The notes below the pieces were generated by a model that was not told where the DNA came from, did no database searches, and saw nothing but the letters and a program-made list of their open reading frames with translations. Of a stretch of DNA of 49,035 nucleotides, positions 6,838 through 16,621 are shown one piece after another; position 1 is the first letter of the stretch; each line of letters starts with the position of its first letter. Where the stretch lies: contig JAHHRT010000001.1 of the NCBI GenBank assembly GCA_020025615.1, forward strand, positions 1 to 49,035, written 5' to 3'. Both the position numbers and the translations under genes were made by a program. The DNA comes from Oscillospiraceae bacterium (GTDB taxonomy: Bacteria > Bacillota > Clostridia > Oscillospirales > Oscillospiraceae).

Positions 6838-8538
6838 ATGTACTTAACGATAAACGGCCGCCCGGTGGATGCGCAGCCGGGTCAGTCCCTGGAAATGCTG
6901 GCAAAACAGCTGGGATTTACCGAGAAGGAACTTTCACGGCGTCCTCTGGCGGCGAAAATCGCCGGCGAGGTTTTCACCCTCAACTATTTGCCGGTTCGCA
7001 AGTCCGATGAGGAAAGGGAAACGCCTCTGATTCGACGGGCTATGGCGGCATCCGGCGGACAAATCCGTCTGCTTCGCTACTCGGATCCCGGCGGTAAGAA
7101 GTGCTATATCCGCACGGCGCAGTTTGTGGTATTTCTGGCAATGCGTCAGCTCTGGCCTGAGAGTACGCCGAAGATCAGCTGTACTCTGGGCTCCAGCGTA
7201 TACATATCTGTGAGCGGTGCGAAGAATTTTTCCGCAGGGGAGCTTAAAGACCAGGTTCTGAAGCTGATTGCCGAAGATATTGTGCTGGCACGTCGGCGGG
7301 TTCCCTTGGAGCAGGCCATTGCCCGGTATCGTGCTTCCGGGCAGGAGGACAAGGCAAGGCTCCTGTCCTGGCGGAATGTAGACTATTTTGACGAGTATTC
7401 CTACGGGGATTTTTCCGACTACTACTATGGAGAAATGATGCCTTCTACCGGGTATCTGACGGTATGGGACATTCTGCCGGCGGATGGCGGCTTTGTGCTG
7501 GTTTATCCCGATGACCGGAATCCGGACCAACTGTCCCAGGTGCCGTCCATGCCCAATTTCTTCAGCGTCTTTACAGAAGGCGAGCGATGGTGCGAGCTTA
7601 TGGAGTGCCAGACGGTGGCGGACCTCAATGAACTGACCACCTCCGGCGGAATCCGGGAACTGATTCGGGTGAATGAGGCACTGCATGAGAAGCGATTCGC
7701 ACAGGTGGCGGATATGGTCTGCCAGCGTGGGGCCAAGGCTGTGATGCTGGCTGGACCCAGCTCCTCGGGCAAGACCACCTCGGCAAACCGTCTGGCGATT
7801 CAGCTGCGGGTCCACGGAAAGAAGCCCATCCTCATGAGCCTGGACAACTACTATATTGACCGGGATAAGATTGCCCCCGGCCCGGACGGCAAGCTGGATT
7901 TGGAGCACATCAACACCCTGGATACGGAGTTGTTCCGCAAGAACATGGGCGCTCTGCTGGCAGGGGAGGAGGTAGCCCTTCCTACCTTCAACTTCATGAC
8001 CGGGCGGCGGGAATGGAGCGGGAAGACACTGCGGCTCTCAGAGGAATCCGTCATCATTGTGGAAGGACTTCACGGCCTGAATCCGCAAATGCAGCCGGAG
8101 GGTGTGGATTCGTCTCTGGTGTTTAAGCTCTACATCAGCCCGCTGCTGCCGCTGAACCTGGATAACCACAATCGAATCCCAACCAGCCTGCTTCGGCTGC
8201 TGCGGCGGATCGTCCGAGACTACGAAACCCGGGGCTCCTCGGTCCAGAACACACTTTCCATGTGGGACTCTGTGCGGCGGGGCGAGGAACGGTGGATCTT
8301 CCCCTATCAGGAGAATGCGGATGTCATCTTCAACAGCTCCACCCTCTATGAGCTGGCAGTGCTCAAAAAGCATATCTACCCGCTGCTGACAGCGGTTCAG
8401 CCGGAGGATGAGTGCTATGATGATGTTCGGGAGATTGTCAAGGTCCTGAACTTCGTCCAGGAGGCAGATGTGGACGACGAAATCCCGCCCACCAGTCTGG
8501 TCCGGGAGTTCATCGGCGGAAATACCTTCTATAAGTAA
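6838..8538 (+). CDS. nucleoside (uridine) kinase family protein with N-terminal TGS/ThrRS-like domains
   Basis: P-loop AGPSSSGKTT, LDNYY, IIVEGLH, RRIVRDYETRG; N-terminal region resembles the ThrRS N1/N2 domains. Confidence 0.85.
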   Translation: MYLTINGRPVDAQPGQSLEMLAKQLGFTEKELSRRPLAAKIAGEVFTLNYLPVRKSDEERETPLIRRAMAASGGQIRLLRYSDPGGKKCYIRTAQFVVFLAMRQLWPESTPKISCTLGSSVYISVSGAKNFSAGELKDQVLKLIAEDIVLARRRVPLEQAIARYRASGQEDKARLLSWRNVDYFDEYSYGDFSDYYYGEMMPSTGYLTVWDILPADGGFVLVYPDDRNPDQLSQVPSMPNFFSVFTEGERWCELMECQTVADLNELTTSGGIRELIRVNEALHEKRFAQVADMVCQRGAKAVMLAGPSSSGKTTSANRLAIQLRVHGKKPILMSLDNYYIDRDKIAPGPDGKLDLEHINTLDTELFRKNMGALLAGEEVALPTFNFMTGRREWSGKTLRLSEESVIIVEGLHGLNPQMQPEGVDSSLVFKLYISPLLPLNLDNHNRIPTSLLRLLRRIVRDYETRGSSVQNTLSMWDSVRRGEERWIFPYQENADVIFNSSTLYELAVLKKHIYPLLTAVQPEDECYDDVREIVKVLNFVQEADVDDEIPPTSLVREFIGGNTFYK

Positions 8539-8543
8539 ATCAA

Positions 8544-8578
8544 AAAGCGGCTCCATCCAGCGTGGATGGGGCCGCTTT
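8544..8578 (+). terminator. intrinsic terminator
   Basis: AAAGCGGCTCCATCCA/TGGATGGGGCCGCTTT stem; a second stem at 8598-8624 serves the convergent gene. Confidence 0.7.
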
Positions 8579-8636
8579 CTGGCTGAGAAGATCAAAAAAA
8601 GAGGTGCCCAGCGGACACCTCTTTACAAGTATCATA

Positions 8637-8939
8637 TTAAAGGGTTACAGGGGGAGCAGGGTAGTGCAGAATCATGGATACCAGAGTGCAGATAATGAAA
8701 GCAAAGAATGCGGTCACCATCCACAGACTGCGCCGATGGGAAAATTCTCCTGTGATATACAGCCAACCCAGGGATAAACCAGAGGCAGCCATGGTTACAA
8801 TACCAAAGATAAACTTGAGGGTATTCATCCCCCGCCAAGAAAAGAGCACAAATAAAATAAATGCGGCAGTAATACCCAGGATGACCCGAGTCATCATGAT
8901 TTCCATATGCCGATAGCGATTACGCTTTGCCACGACCAT
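8637..8939 (-). CDS. hypothetical small membrane protein (3 TM)
   Basis: GGAGGG RBS, three hydrophobic segments, own terminator. Confidence 0.75.
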   Translation of the reverse strand: MVVAKRNRYRHMEIMMTRVILGITAAFILFVLFSWRGMNTLKFIFGIVTMAASGLSLGWLYITGEFSHRRSLWMVTAFFAFIICTLVSMILHYPAPPVTL

Positions 8940-9033
8940 CCCTCCATAAAACTCTCTTGCTTTGTGACATCATATCATATCCTGTCAGAAATTGCAATCG
9001 TTTCCTGGACAAAAGGCAAATTTTTCGGAAATA

Positions 9034-9063
9034 CTTGCGCCACGGGAAAAGCAATGCTATAAT
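9034..9063 (+). promoter_or_regulatory. sigma-A promoter upstream of scpA
   Basis: TTGCGC-17-TATAAT with extended TG. Confidence 0.6.
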
Positions 9064-9226
9064 AACGTGAAATGTTATGATTTCCCCCGGTTGTCCTTTT
9101 TCACCCAAGCCCCTTCTTGACAGTGGGGAAACGATCATGGGATGCTTCTATTCTATGCACGGGGACCTCATAATAAACCGGTTCTGCCCTGGAGCGTTCC
9201 GGAAATTTACAAGCCAAGGAGCCGCT

Positions 9227-10006
9227 ATGGGAGAACCGCAATATCGGCTGGAGGGAATTGTCCACACCCGCAGTGAGGAGATGGAGGACTTTGAAGGCCC
9301 TCTGGATGTTATTTTTTTACTTCTCAGCAAGAATAAAATAGAGATCCAGGATGTTTCCATCACTGCCATCCTGGAACAGTATCTGGCTTATCTGGACGAG
9401 ATGAAGCGGCTGGATATGGAGATTGCCAGTGAATTTATCACCATGGCTTCCCATCTGATGCTCATTAAGACCAAAATGCTCCTGTCTGCTGCGGAGCAGG
9501 AGGAAGCAGAGAACGAACTGGATTTGCTGCGCCAGAGCCTGGTGGAACGCCGCCGGAAGGAAGCCATGGAGCAGATCCGACAGGCCATCACCGTGCTGGA
9601 GCCTCGAAACGACATCGGAAGATGTATTTTCACCAAGGACCCGGAACCACTGAAACGGGCCAAGGGCTATCGCTATCAGCATGATCCCTCGGATCTTCTT
9701 CGGGCACTGGATGCCATTGCCGAGCGTAACAGCAATCGGCTGCCGCCGCCCACTGCCAACTTCAGGGGCATCGTGGGAAAGGAACCCTATCCCGTTACCC
9801 GTAAGTCTGCCGAGGTGCTCCGGCATCTGGTGCTGCGAGGGGTAGAGCGGCTTAAAAATCTGTTCCGGGGAAATCGCAGCCGCAGTGAGGTGGTTGCCAC
9901 CTTCCTGGCCATTCTGGAACTGTGTAAAACCAACCGCGTCACGCTGGAAAATGATATTACCGGCGAAAATCCCAATGTCCGCTTACTGGACAAGGAAGAT
10001 CATTAG
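9227..10006 (+). CDS. scpA: segregation and condensation protein A
   Basis: FEGPLDVIFLLL, EFITMASHLMLIKTKMLL, VVATFLAILEL; start placed at the ATG after AAGGAG. Confidence 0.93.
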   Translation: MGEPQYRLEGIVHTRSEEMEDFEGPLDVIFLLLSKNKIEIQDVSITAILEQYLAYLDEMKRLDMEIASEFITMASHLMLIKTKMLLSAAEQEEAENELDLLRQSLVERRRKEAMEQIRQAITVLEPRNDIGRCIFTKDPEPLKRAKGYRYQHDPSDLLRALDAIAERNSNRLPPPTANFRGIVGKEPYPVTRKSAEVLRHLVLRGVERLKNLFRGNRSRSEVVATFLAILELCKTNRVTLENDITGENPNVRLLDKEDH

Positions 10007-10017
10007 GAGGTGCGCTG

Positions 10018-10608
10018 ATGGAGCCTGAACAGCTGCAGCGGGCCATTGAGGCCATTTTATTTGCCGCCGGAGAGCGGATTGAGATCAGCCGCCTGGCGGC
10101 AGCATTGGAAACCGATCCTTCGGATATTGAGAAAGCCACCGACGCTTTGGCAGATCAGCTGGCATTTGACCGTCGGGGCATCCGAATTCTGAAATTAGAG
10201 CGGGGATACCAGATGGTATCCTCCGGCGAGATGGCGGATTATGTTACAAAAGCGTTGGAGACCCGCAAGCCTCCCAGACTGTCTTCCTCTCAGCTGGAGA
10301 CCTTGACCATCATTGCTTATTATCAGCCGGCGACTAAGGCTATGGTAGAGCAGATTCGCGGAGTGGACAGTGCCTATTCCGTATCTGCGCTGCTGAATAA
10401 GAAGCTCATTGAAGAGGCGGGACGTCTGAACGTGCCTGGACGGCCCATTCAGTACCGAACCACACCAGATTTTCTCAGAACCTTTTCTCTGTCATCTCTG
10501 GATGAACTGCCACCCATTGACAAGATTGCCTTTGGCGAGCCGATTCAGATAGAGGAAACCCAGAAGACAGAGACACCGGCAGAGCCTGCACAGCAGGAGG
10601 CTACGTAA
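10018..10608 (+). CDS. scpB: SMC-Scp complex subunit ScpB
   Basis: IEAILFAAG, LETLTIIAYYQP, IRGVDS, GRPIQYRTTPDFL. Confidence 0.95.
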   Translation: MEPEQLQRAIEAILFAAGERIEISRLAAALETDPSDIEKATDALADQLAFDRRGIRILKLERGYQMVSSGEMADYVTKALETRKPPRLSSSQLETLTIIAYYQPATKAMVEQIRGVDSAYSVSALLNKKLIEEAGRLNVPGRPIQYRTTPDFLRTFSLSSLDELPPIDKIAFGEPIQIEETQKTETPAEPAQQEAT

Positions 10609-11246
10609 TGGGCTGGCTCATTACCCTGGGAATTTTGGTCCTCATTTGGCTGATCCCGGTGGGCCTTAGTATTCGCTATACACAAGAAAAATTCCATGTT
10701 CGGCTGCGGGTGGCGGGAATTTCCTTCCCATTTCCTAAGATAAAAGAAGAGACAGAAGTGCAGCACCCCCAGGAAAAGCAGGTGCAGCCAAAAGCTGACA
10801 CCGCCCCGGCAGAGAAACAAGCCCCCAAGCCCCGGAAACGCAGATTCGGATTTTTCCACAAGAGAAATTTGGGGTGGGAGGATTATAAACCCTTTGTCCG
10901 ATTGGGTCTTGACTTCCTGGGAGATCTGCGGAGAAAGCTTCAGATAGACCGGCTGGATTTCCGCCTGGTTCTTGCAGGGGAGGACCCCTGTGATGTGGCG
11001 GTAAACTACGGCAGAGCCTGGGCCGCAGTGGGCAGTCTCCTGCCTCAGCTGGAACGGCTGCTGGTCATCAAAAAACGCGATGTCCAGGTGGAATGTGATT
11101 TCACAGCAGAGAAAACGAAAATATCCGGTCGGGTGGACCTGCATCTGACCGCGGGCAGGGCCTTGTGCCTGGCAGTGGGCTATGGCCTGCTGCTCCAGAA
11201 AGAATTAACCAATTTGAAGAAAAGAAAAGGCGGTGCTTCGTTATGA
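10608..11246 (+). CDS. DUF2953 / YtfI-like protein
   Basis: N-terminal TM helix, EDPCDVAVNYG motif, position upstream of ytfJ. Confidence 0.7.
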   Translation: MGWLITLGILVLIWLIPVGLSIRYTQEKFHVRLRVAGISFPFPKIKEETEVQHPQEKQVQPKADTAPAEKQAPKPRKRRFGFFHKRNLGWEDYKPFVRLGLDFLGDLRRKLQIDRLDFRLVLAGEDPCDVAVNYGRAWAAVGSLLPQLERLLVIKKRDVQVECDFTAEKTKISGRVDLHLTAGRALCLAVGYGLLLQKELTNLKKRKGGASL

Positions 11247-11629
11247 GCCAGAAACTTCCCAATATGCTGGATAGTACCATTCAGAAGATCCGTGAGATGG
11301 TGGATGTAAACTCTGTCATCGGTGACCCCATCACCACTCCTGACGGCGTGACCATCATTCCTGTGTCCAAGGTCAGCGTGGGCTTTGGCGGCGGCGGATC
11401 TGACTTCGCCTCCAAGACCAGCCAGGAAAACCCCTTCGGCGGCGGTGTGGGCGGCGGTGTCAAAGTGACCCCCATCTGCTTCCTCATTGTGAAGGACGGT
11501 AATGTTCGGATGATGCCTGTGGCACAGCCTGCAAACTCTACCACCGAGCGTCTGGTGGAGATGCTGCCGGACACCCTGGAGCAGATCAATTCCTTTATCG
11601 AGTCCAAAAAGACAGTGAAAGGGGAATAA
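11243..11629 (+). CDS. ytfJ: GerW/YtfJ family sporulation protein
   Basis: MVDVNSVIGDPI...IIPVSKVSVGFGGGG...FGGGVGGGVKVTP. Confidence 0.92.
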   Translation: MSQKLPNMLDSTIQKIREMVDVNSVIGDPITTPDGVTIIPVSKVSVGFGGGGSDFASKTSQENPFGGGVGGGVKVTPICFLIVKDGNVRMMPVAQPANSTTERLVEMLPDTLEQINSFIESKKTVKGE

Positions 11630-11668
11630 TCCCAACCTTTTCCGGGCACCCTATTCCCGGGTGAGGAT

Positions 11669-12856
11669 ATGAAACGACTGATTTTCGGAACGGCGGCTGG
11701 ATTGCTGGCTGCCGTTCTATTTTTAACAATTCCGGCAGAGGCGGCCTCTGCACAGCGTGCCATTGTTCTGGACGAGGTCGGCAAAAAGGTGCTCTATGAG
11801 AAGGACGCAGAAAGCCGAAGCCTCATTGCCAGCACCACCAAGATTATGACCGGGCTGCTGGTTTGTGAAAACTGCAATGTGCTGGCCCCAGTGCGGATTC
11901 CCAAGGAGGCAGTGGGCATCGAAGGCTCCTCTATGTATCTTCGGGAAGGGGAGGTCTTGACCATTCAGGAGCTTCTCTACGGCATGATGCTTTCTTCGGG
12001 AAACGATGCAGCGGTGGCCCTGGCCATTGCCTGCGGCGGAACCGTGGAGAATTTCGCCGAAATGATGAACGCAAAGGCCCGGGAACTGGGAATGACGGAA
12101 AGCCATTTTGAAAATCCCAACGGCCTGGACGGAAAACAACACTATTCCACTGCCCGGGATCTGGGAATTCTGGGGCTGGAAGCAATGAAAAATCCCATCT
12201 TTGCCAAGACGGTCTCTACAAAGACGGTACAGGTGGGCAATCGGTATTTGAAAAATCACAATAAGCTGCTGTGGCGGGTTCCCGGAGCCGACGGTGTCAA
12301 AACCGGGTATACAAGAGCGGCGGGACGGATTCTGGTATCCAGTGCTGCCCGCAATGGCAGACGGGTGGTGGCGGTGACCATCAACGACCCCAACGATTGG
12401 CAGGACCATAGCACGCTCCTGGAAAATGCCTTTGCCCGATACCGGGAAAAGACCTTGATTCGGGAAGGGGAGCGGGTGGGTGCTCTGGAAATTGCCGGGG
12501 GAGAATCCCACCAGGTTCCCATCCTGGCGGCCCGGGATTTTTCCTGGTCGGTGGTGCCGGGAGAGCAGCCTATGGTGATCCTGCCCGGGCCGGGGTTTGC
12601 CTACGCACCGGTGGTCCGGGGCGGCTTTGCCGGGAATGCTTATGTGGTATTGGAGGGCAAAGCCATCGGAACCATCCCGGTGGTTTACGGCAGAACGGTG
12701 GAGATCCACCAGGAGCCGAAAAAGAGTATTTGGGAACGCTTGTTTGGAGGAAAACAGGATGGAGAGACTGCAAAAGATACTGTCTGCCCGGGGGGTAGCC
12801 TCCCGGCGGCAGGCAGAAGAGATGATAAAAGCGGGGAAAGTCCGGTTAAACGGTAA
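11669..12856 (+). CDS. dacB: D-alanyl-D-alanine carboxypeptidase (peptidase S11)
   Basis: ASTTKIMT (SxxK), SGN (SxN) and KTG motifs, signal peptide; ytfJ-dacB-rluB synteny. Confidence 0.88.
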   Translation: MKRLIFGTAAGLLAAVLFLTIPAEAASAQRAIVLDEVGKKVLYEKDAESRSLIASTTKIMTGLLVCENCNVLAPVRIPKEAVGIEGSSMYLREGEVLTIQELLYGMMLSSGNDAAVALAIACGGTVENFAEMMNAKARELGMTESHFENPNGLDGKQHYSTARDLGILGLEAMKNPIFAKTVSTKTVQVGNRYLKNHNKLLWRVPGADGVKTGYTRAAGRILVSSAARNGRRVVAVTINDPNDWQDHSTLLENAFARYREKTLIREGERVGALEIAGGESHQVPILAARDFSWSVVPGEQPMVILPGPGFAYAPVVRGGFAGNAYVVLEGKAIGTIPVVYGRTVEIHQEPKKSIWERLFGGKQDGETAKDTVCPGGSLPAAGRRDDKSGESPVKR

Positions 12857-13457
12857 GGTCGCCGCGCTGGGCGATACAGCAGACCCGGAGGTAGATGAGA
12901 TTCTGGTGGACGGGAAGAAACTCCCGCCCCAGGAAAAATATGTGTACATCCTTCTGAATAAGCCCCGGGGCTATGTGACCACCCTTTCCGACGAAAAGGG
13001 CAGACCCAATGCCGCCCAGCTGGTGGCGGACTGCGGTATCCGGGTATATCCCGTGGGACGGCTGGACATGGACTCTGAGGGCCTGCTCCTGTTTACCAAT
13101 GACGGCGCTTTTGCCAACGCTTTGATGCACCCCAAGGGAGAGGTGGAGAAGACCTATCGGGTGGCAGTGACGGGATACGTTCCCGGGGCCGAAAAGCTCC
13201 TGGCCCGGCCCATCACTCTGGATGGCTATACCATCCGGCCTCCTAAGGTAAAGCTTCTGAAAGCGGAGGGCAGCCGGGCCAGCTTCCTGGTGACCATCCA
13301 CGAGGGCCGCAACCGTCAGGTGCGGCGGATGTGCCAGGCAGCCGGGATGGAAGTGAGAAGACTGCTTCGGATTCAAGAGGGCAGTCTCTCCCTGGGAGAA
13401 CTCCCCAGGGGAACGTGGCGGTATCTCACGGAAAATGAGGTCAATCTGCTGCGGTGA
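12759..13457 (+). CDS. rluB: rRNA pseudouridine synthase (RsuA/RluB family)
   Basis: MERLQKILS..GVASRR S4 domain, VGRLDMDSEGLLL, EGRNRQVRRM; GGAGG RBS. Confidence 0.9.
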   Translation: MERLQKILSARGVASRRQAEEMIKAGKVRLNGKVAALGDTADPEVDEILVDGKKLPPQEKYVYILLNKPRGYVTTLSDEKGRPNAAQLVADCGIRVYPVGRLDMDSEGLLLFTNDGAFANALMHPKGEVEKTYRVAVTGYVPGAEKLLARPITLDGYTIRPPKVKLLKAEGSRASFLVTIHEGRNRQVRRMCQAAGMEVRRLLRIQEGSLSLGELPRGTWRYLTENEVNLLR

Positions 13458-13806
13458 GCGGAGACTCCCCAGGGTAAAACAAACCACAAAATCGACCTGC
13501 CGAATCTTCGGATTTTTGGCAGGCCGATTTTTGGTTTTGACTTGCAAAATGCCGCTGGTTTTGCTAGTATTATTTTGTGCGATTTACAGGCTGTGTAGTT
13601 GGGCACGTCTGTTGCTTAGGCAGCTGCGTTCATTCCGCAAGAGAAATTTGCAGCAAAAGTTTGCGATGAATCAGGCGGGAATCTACCCGGACTTCTGGAG
13701 GGATTTAGGGAGTCATCAGGTATCTACGATGTGAAATTTTCGCAAACCACCGCAGATGACACAGTACGCGATTGCCTGAATATACCGCCTTACAGGGGGA
13801 AAAGCA

Positions 13807-14676
13807 ATGAATCAAGATATTTTAACCGTATTGCAGGAGAAAATGCCGGAGTTCTCCAAGGGACAGCGCCGCATTGCCCAGTATATCTCCGAGACCTATG
13901 ATAAAGCCGCCTTTATGACCGCCCACCGCCTGGGAAAGGCTGTGGGTGTTTCTGAGTCTACGGTGGTTCGTTTTGCAGTGGATTTGGGCTTTGACGGCTA
14001 TCCCAGTATGCAGAAGGCCATGCAGGAAATGGTGCTGAACCGCCTGACCTCGGTGCAGCGCATTGAGGTTGCCAATGACCGCCTGGGTGACCAGGATGTG
14101 GTGTCCATGGTTCTCCATTCCGATATGGAAAAGCTGCGCCAGACCAGCGAAATCCTCAGCCGGGAGGACTTTGATGCTGCGGTAAACACCATTCTGGGAG
14201 CAAAGCGAATCTTCATCCTGGGTGTCCGTTCCGTGGCACCGCTGGCAAATTTTCTGGGGTATTACCTCAACTATATGTTTAACAACGTCCATGTGATTTC
14301 CGATTTCAGTGCCGGAGAGATGTTTGAGAAGATTGTGAGCATCACCTCTGAGGATGTGGTGGTCGCGTTCAGCTTCCCGCGGTATTCCTCTTCCACCACC
14401 AAGGGCGCCAAATACTGCCGCTCTGTGGGCGCTCCGGTGATCGGTGTCACTGACAGCAAGCTTTCGCCCTTGGGCCAGTGCAGTGACCATGTGCTGGTGG
14501 CGAAGAGCGATATGGTGAGCCTGGTGGACAGCCTGGTTGCGCCTCTGAGCATCATCAACGCTCTGATTGTTGCCATTGCAGCCAAGCGGGAAAAGGAGCT
14601 TTCCCAGACCTTTGAGAATCTGGAACGGATTTGGGACGAGTACAATGTTTATGAAAAGCAGGTGGACCCTACATGA
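13807..14676 (+). CDS. MurR/RpiR-family transcriptional regulator
   Basis: FSKGQRRIA, VSESTVVRFA HTH, SIS domain SFPRYS. Confidence 0.92.
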   Translation: MNQDILTVLQEKMPEFSKGQRRIAQYISETYDKAAFMTAHRLGKAVGVSESTVVRFAVDLGFDGYPSMQKAMQEMVLNRLTSVQRIEVANDRLGDQDVVSMVLHSDMEKLRQTSEILSREDFDAAVNTILGAKRIFILGVRSVAPLANFLGYYLNYMFNNVHVISDFSAGEMFEKIVSITSEDVVVAFSFPRYSSSTTKGAKYCRSVGAPVIGVTDSKLSPLGQCSDHVLVAKSDMVSLVDSLVAPLSIINALIVAIAAKREKELSQTFENLERIWDEYNVYEKQVDPT

Positions 14677-15911
14677 ATTATAACGGAATTATCATTGGCG
14701 GCGGACCTGCCGGTATGTTTGCGGCAATTATCGCGGCGCAGCAGGGGCAGAAGGTGCTGCTGCTGGAACAGAACGGACGTCTTGGCAAGAAGCTGCTGAT
14801 TACCGGCAAGGGCCGGTGCAATGTGACCAATGACTGTTCGGATCGGGAGGTTTTGCAGAACGTCCCCAGAAACGGACGGTTTCTCTTCAGTGCCATGGCA
14901 GCACTGCCGCCTCAGAAGGTGAAGGACTTCTTTGAAAGCCGCGGCTGCCCGCTGAAAACCGAGCGGGGAAACCGGGTATTCCCGGTGACGGATCGCTCCC
15001 AGTCCATTCTGGAATGTCTGGAAAAGGCGATGAAGCAGGCCGGGGTTTCTGTGAAAACCGCAAAGGTTCAGAAAATCCTGACCCAGGAGGGGCGGGCCTG
15101 CGGCGTACAGACCCAGGAAGAGACCCTGCATGCGGATTGGGTCATCCTGGCCACCGGCGGCCTTTCCTATCCTGCCACCGGCTCCCGGGGAGACGGCTAC
15201 CGCATGGCAAAGGAACTGGGCCACACCATTATTGAGCCCCAGGGCAGCCTGGTGCCCCTGGAAATCGCCGGAGAAGACTGCCTGGAGATGCAGGGCCTGT
15301 CTCTGCGGAATGTGGGCGTGAAGCTGCTGAATCCCAAGGGAAAAGCCATTTATAAGGATTTCGGCGAGCTGCTCTTTACCCATTTCGGCGTTTCCGGCCC
15401 CACGGTGCTCTCTGCCAGCTGCCACCTGAGCGAGCCGGGCTGCAAGTTGGTCATCGACCTGAAACCGGCTCTGGATGAAGGAAAGCTGGACAGCCGGATT
15501 CTTCGGGATTTGGAAATGTACTGCAACCGCTCCATGGAGAACGCTCTCACGGATCTGCTTCCCAGATCCATGATCCCTGTGATTCTGAAACGGACGGGAA
15601 TCGACCCAGAACTGAAAGCCAACTCCCTGACCAAAAAGCAGCGCCACGACCTGATTTCCCAGCTCAAGGGCTTTACTCTGGAGATTACCGGAAAGCGCCC
15701 GGTGGATGAGGCAATCATCACCTCCGGCGGCGTGAAGGTCTCGGAGGTCAGCCCCAAGACCATGGAGTCAAAGCTGGTGCCGGGGCTTTACTTTGCCGGG
15801 GAAATCCTGGACTGCGACGGCTATACCGGCGGCTTTAATCTGCAAATCGCCTGGGCGACGGCGTTTGCTGCGGCCAATGCGGCTGCGGAACAGCAAAATG
15901 CGCAGTGCTGA
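14673..15911 (+). CDS. HI0933/YtfP-family flavoprotein
   Basis: IIGGGPAG, GKKLLITGKGRCNVTN, ATGGLSYPATGS, TGGFNLQIAW. Confidence 0.92.
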   Translation: MNYNGIIIGGGPAGMFAAIIAAQQGQKVLLLEQNGRLGKKLLITGKGRCNVTNDCSDREVLQNVPRNGRFLFSAMAALPPQKVKDFFESRGCPLKTERGNRVFPVTDRSQSILECLEKAMKQAGVSVKTAKVQKILTQEGRACGVQTQEETLHADWVILATGGLSYPATGSRGDGYRMAKELGHTIIEPQGSLVPLEIAGEDCLEMQGLSLRNVGVKLLNPKGKAIYKDFGELLFTHFGVSGPTVLSASCHLSEPGCKLVIDLKPALDEGKLDSRILRDLEMYCNRSMENALTDLLPRSMIPVILKRTGIDPELKANSLTKKQRHDLISQLKGFTLEITGKRPVDEAIITSGGVKVSEVSPKTMESKLVPGLYFAGEILDCDGYTGGFNLQIAWATAFAAANAAAEQQNAQC

Positions 15912-15964
15912 GGGAGCAATCCTTTTGCGTCAGGAAGGCTTCTCGGTATCTTAAAAAACAAGCA

Positions 15965-15993
15965 TTGACAAATGGACATTCCTGTACTAAAAT
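15965..15993 (+). promoter_or_regulatory. sigma-A promoter of acp
   Basis: TTGACA-17-TAAAAT. Confidence 0.7.
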
Positions 15994-16034
15994 AAGCAAA
16001 AGAATGTACCGTAAATTTTTTGGAGGGACAATCC

Positions 16035-16256
16035 ATGTACGAGAAACTTGTAAATTACGCAGCCAGACAGCTTGAGCTGGACCCTTCTCAGATCACCCCG
16101 GACAGCACCTTTGAGAGCCTGGGTATCGACTCCCTGGACATCGTTGAGATGATCATGGACCTGGAAGGCGAACTGGGCGTTGAGCTGGATATGGAGGATC
16201 AGAAGATCTCTAACTTCCAGGAGCTGGCCGATTTTATCGATACCAAGCTGAACTAA
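16035..16256 (+). CDS. acpP: acyl carrier protein
   Basis: LGIDSLDIVEMIMDLE phosphopantetheine motif; small and acidic. Confidence 0.85.
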   Translation: MYEKLVNYAARQLELDPSQITPDSTFESLGIDSLDIVEMIMDLEGELGVELDMEDQKISNFQELADFIDTKLN

Positions 16257-16300
16257 CTACAATCAAATAGCCCTTGTATAAGCAGACCGGCTTATAACAA

Positions 16301-16569
16301 GGTCGCACTAGTCGGGGAGTTAGCGGTGCTCTGTACCTGCAATCCGCTATAGCAGGGATGAATTCCCACACCCGAGCCTGTTACAATGCCGTCCGGCCTG
16401 CGTAAGCGATGTTGAGAGATCGGTCCGGCGCAACAAGATCCCGTGAACCATGTCAGGTGGGGAACCAAGCAGCATTAAGCGGATCGTCTTGTGTGCCGCC
16501 GGGTTCCCGTTCTTGAGTTGTCTGCGCGGATACCGGGTATTGGGCAGGTTCAAATGTGGGTGTGCGATC
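16301..16569 (+). ncRNA. ffs: large (Alu-containing) bacterial SRP RNA
   Basis: GGGGAGTTAGCGGTG...CAATCCGCT Alu region; domain IV GTGAACCATGTCAGG-TGGGGAACC-AAGCAGC; paired ends; located upstream of dnaX. Confidence 0.92.
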
Positions 16570-16621
16570 TTGTTATGAGCCGGTCTTTTCTATGTTTTGA
16601 CAGCCAGAAAGGAGGGGGCAT

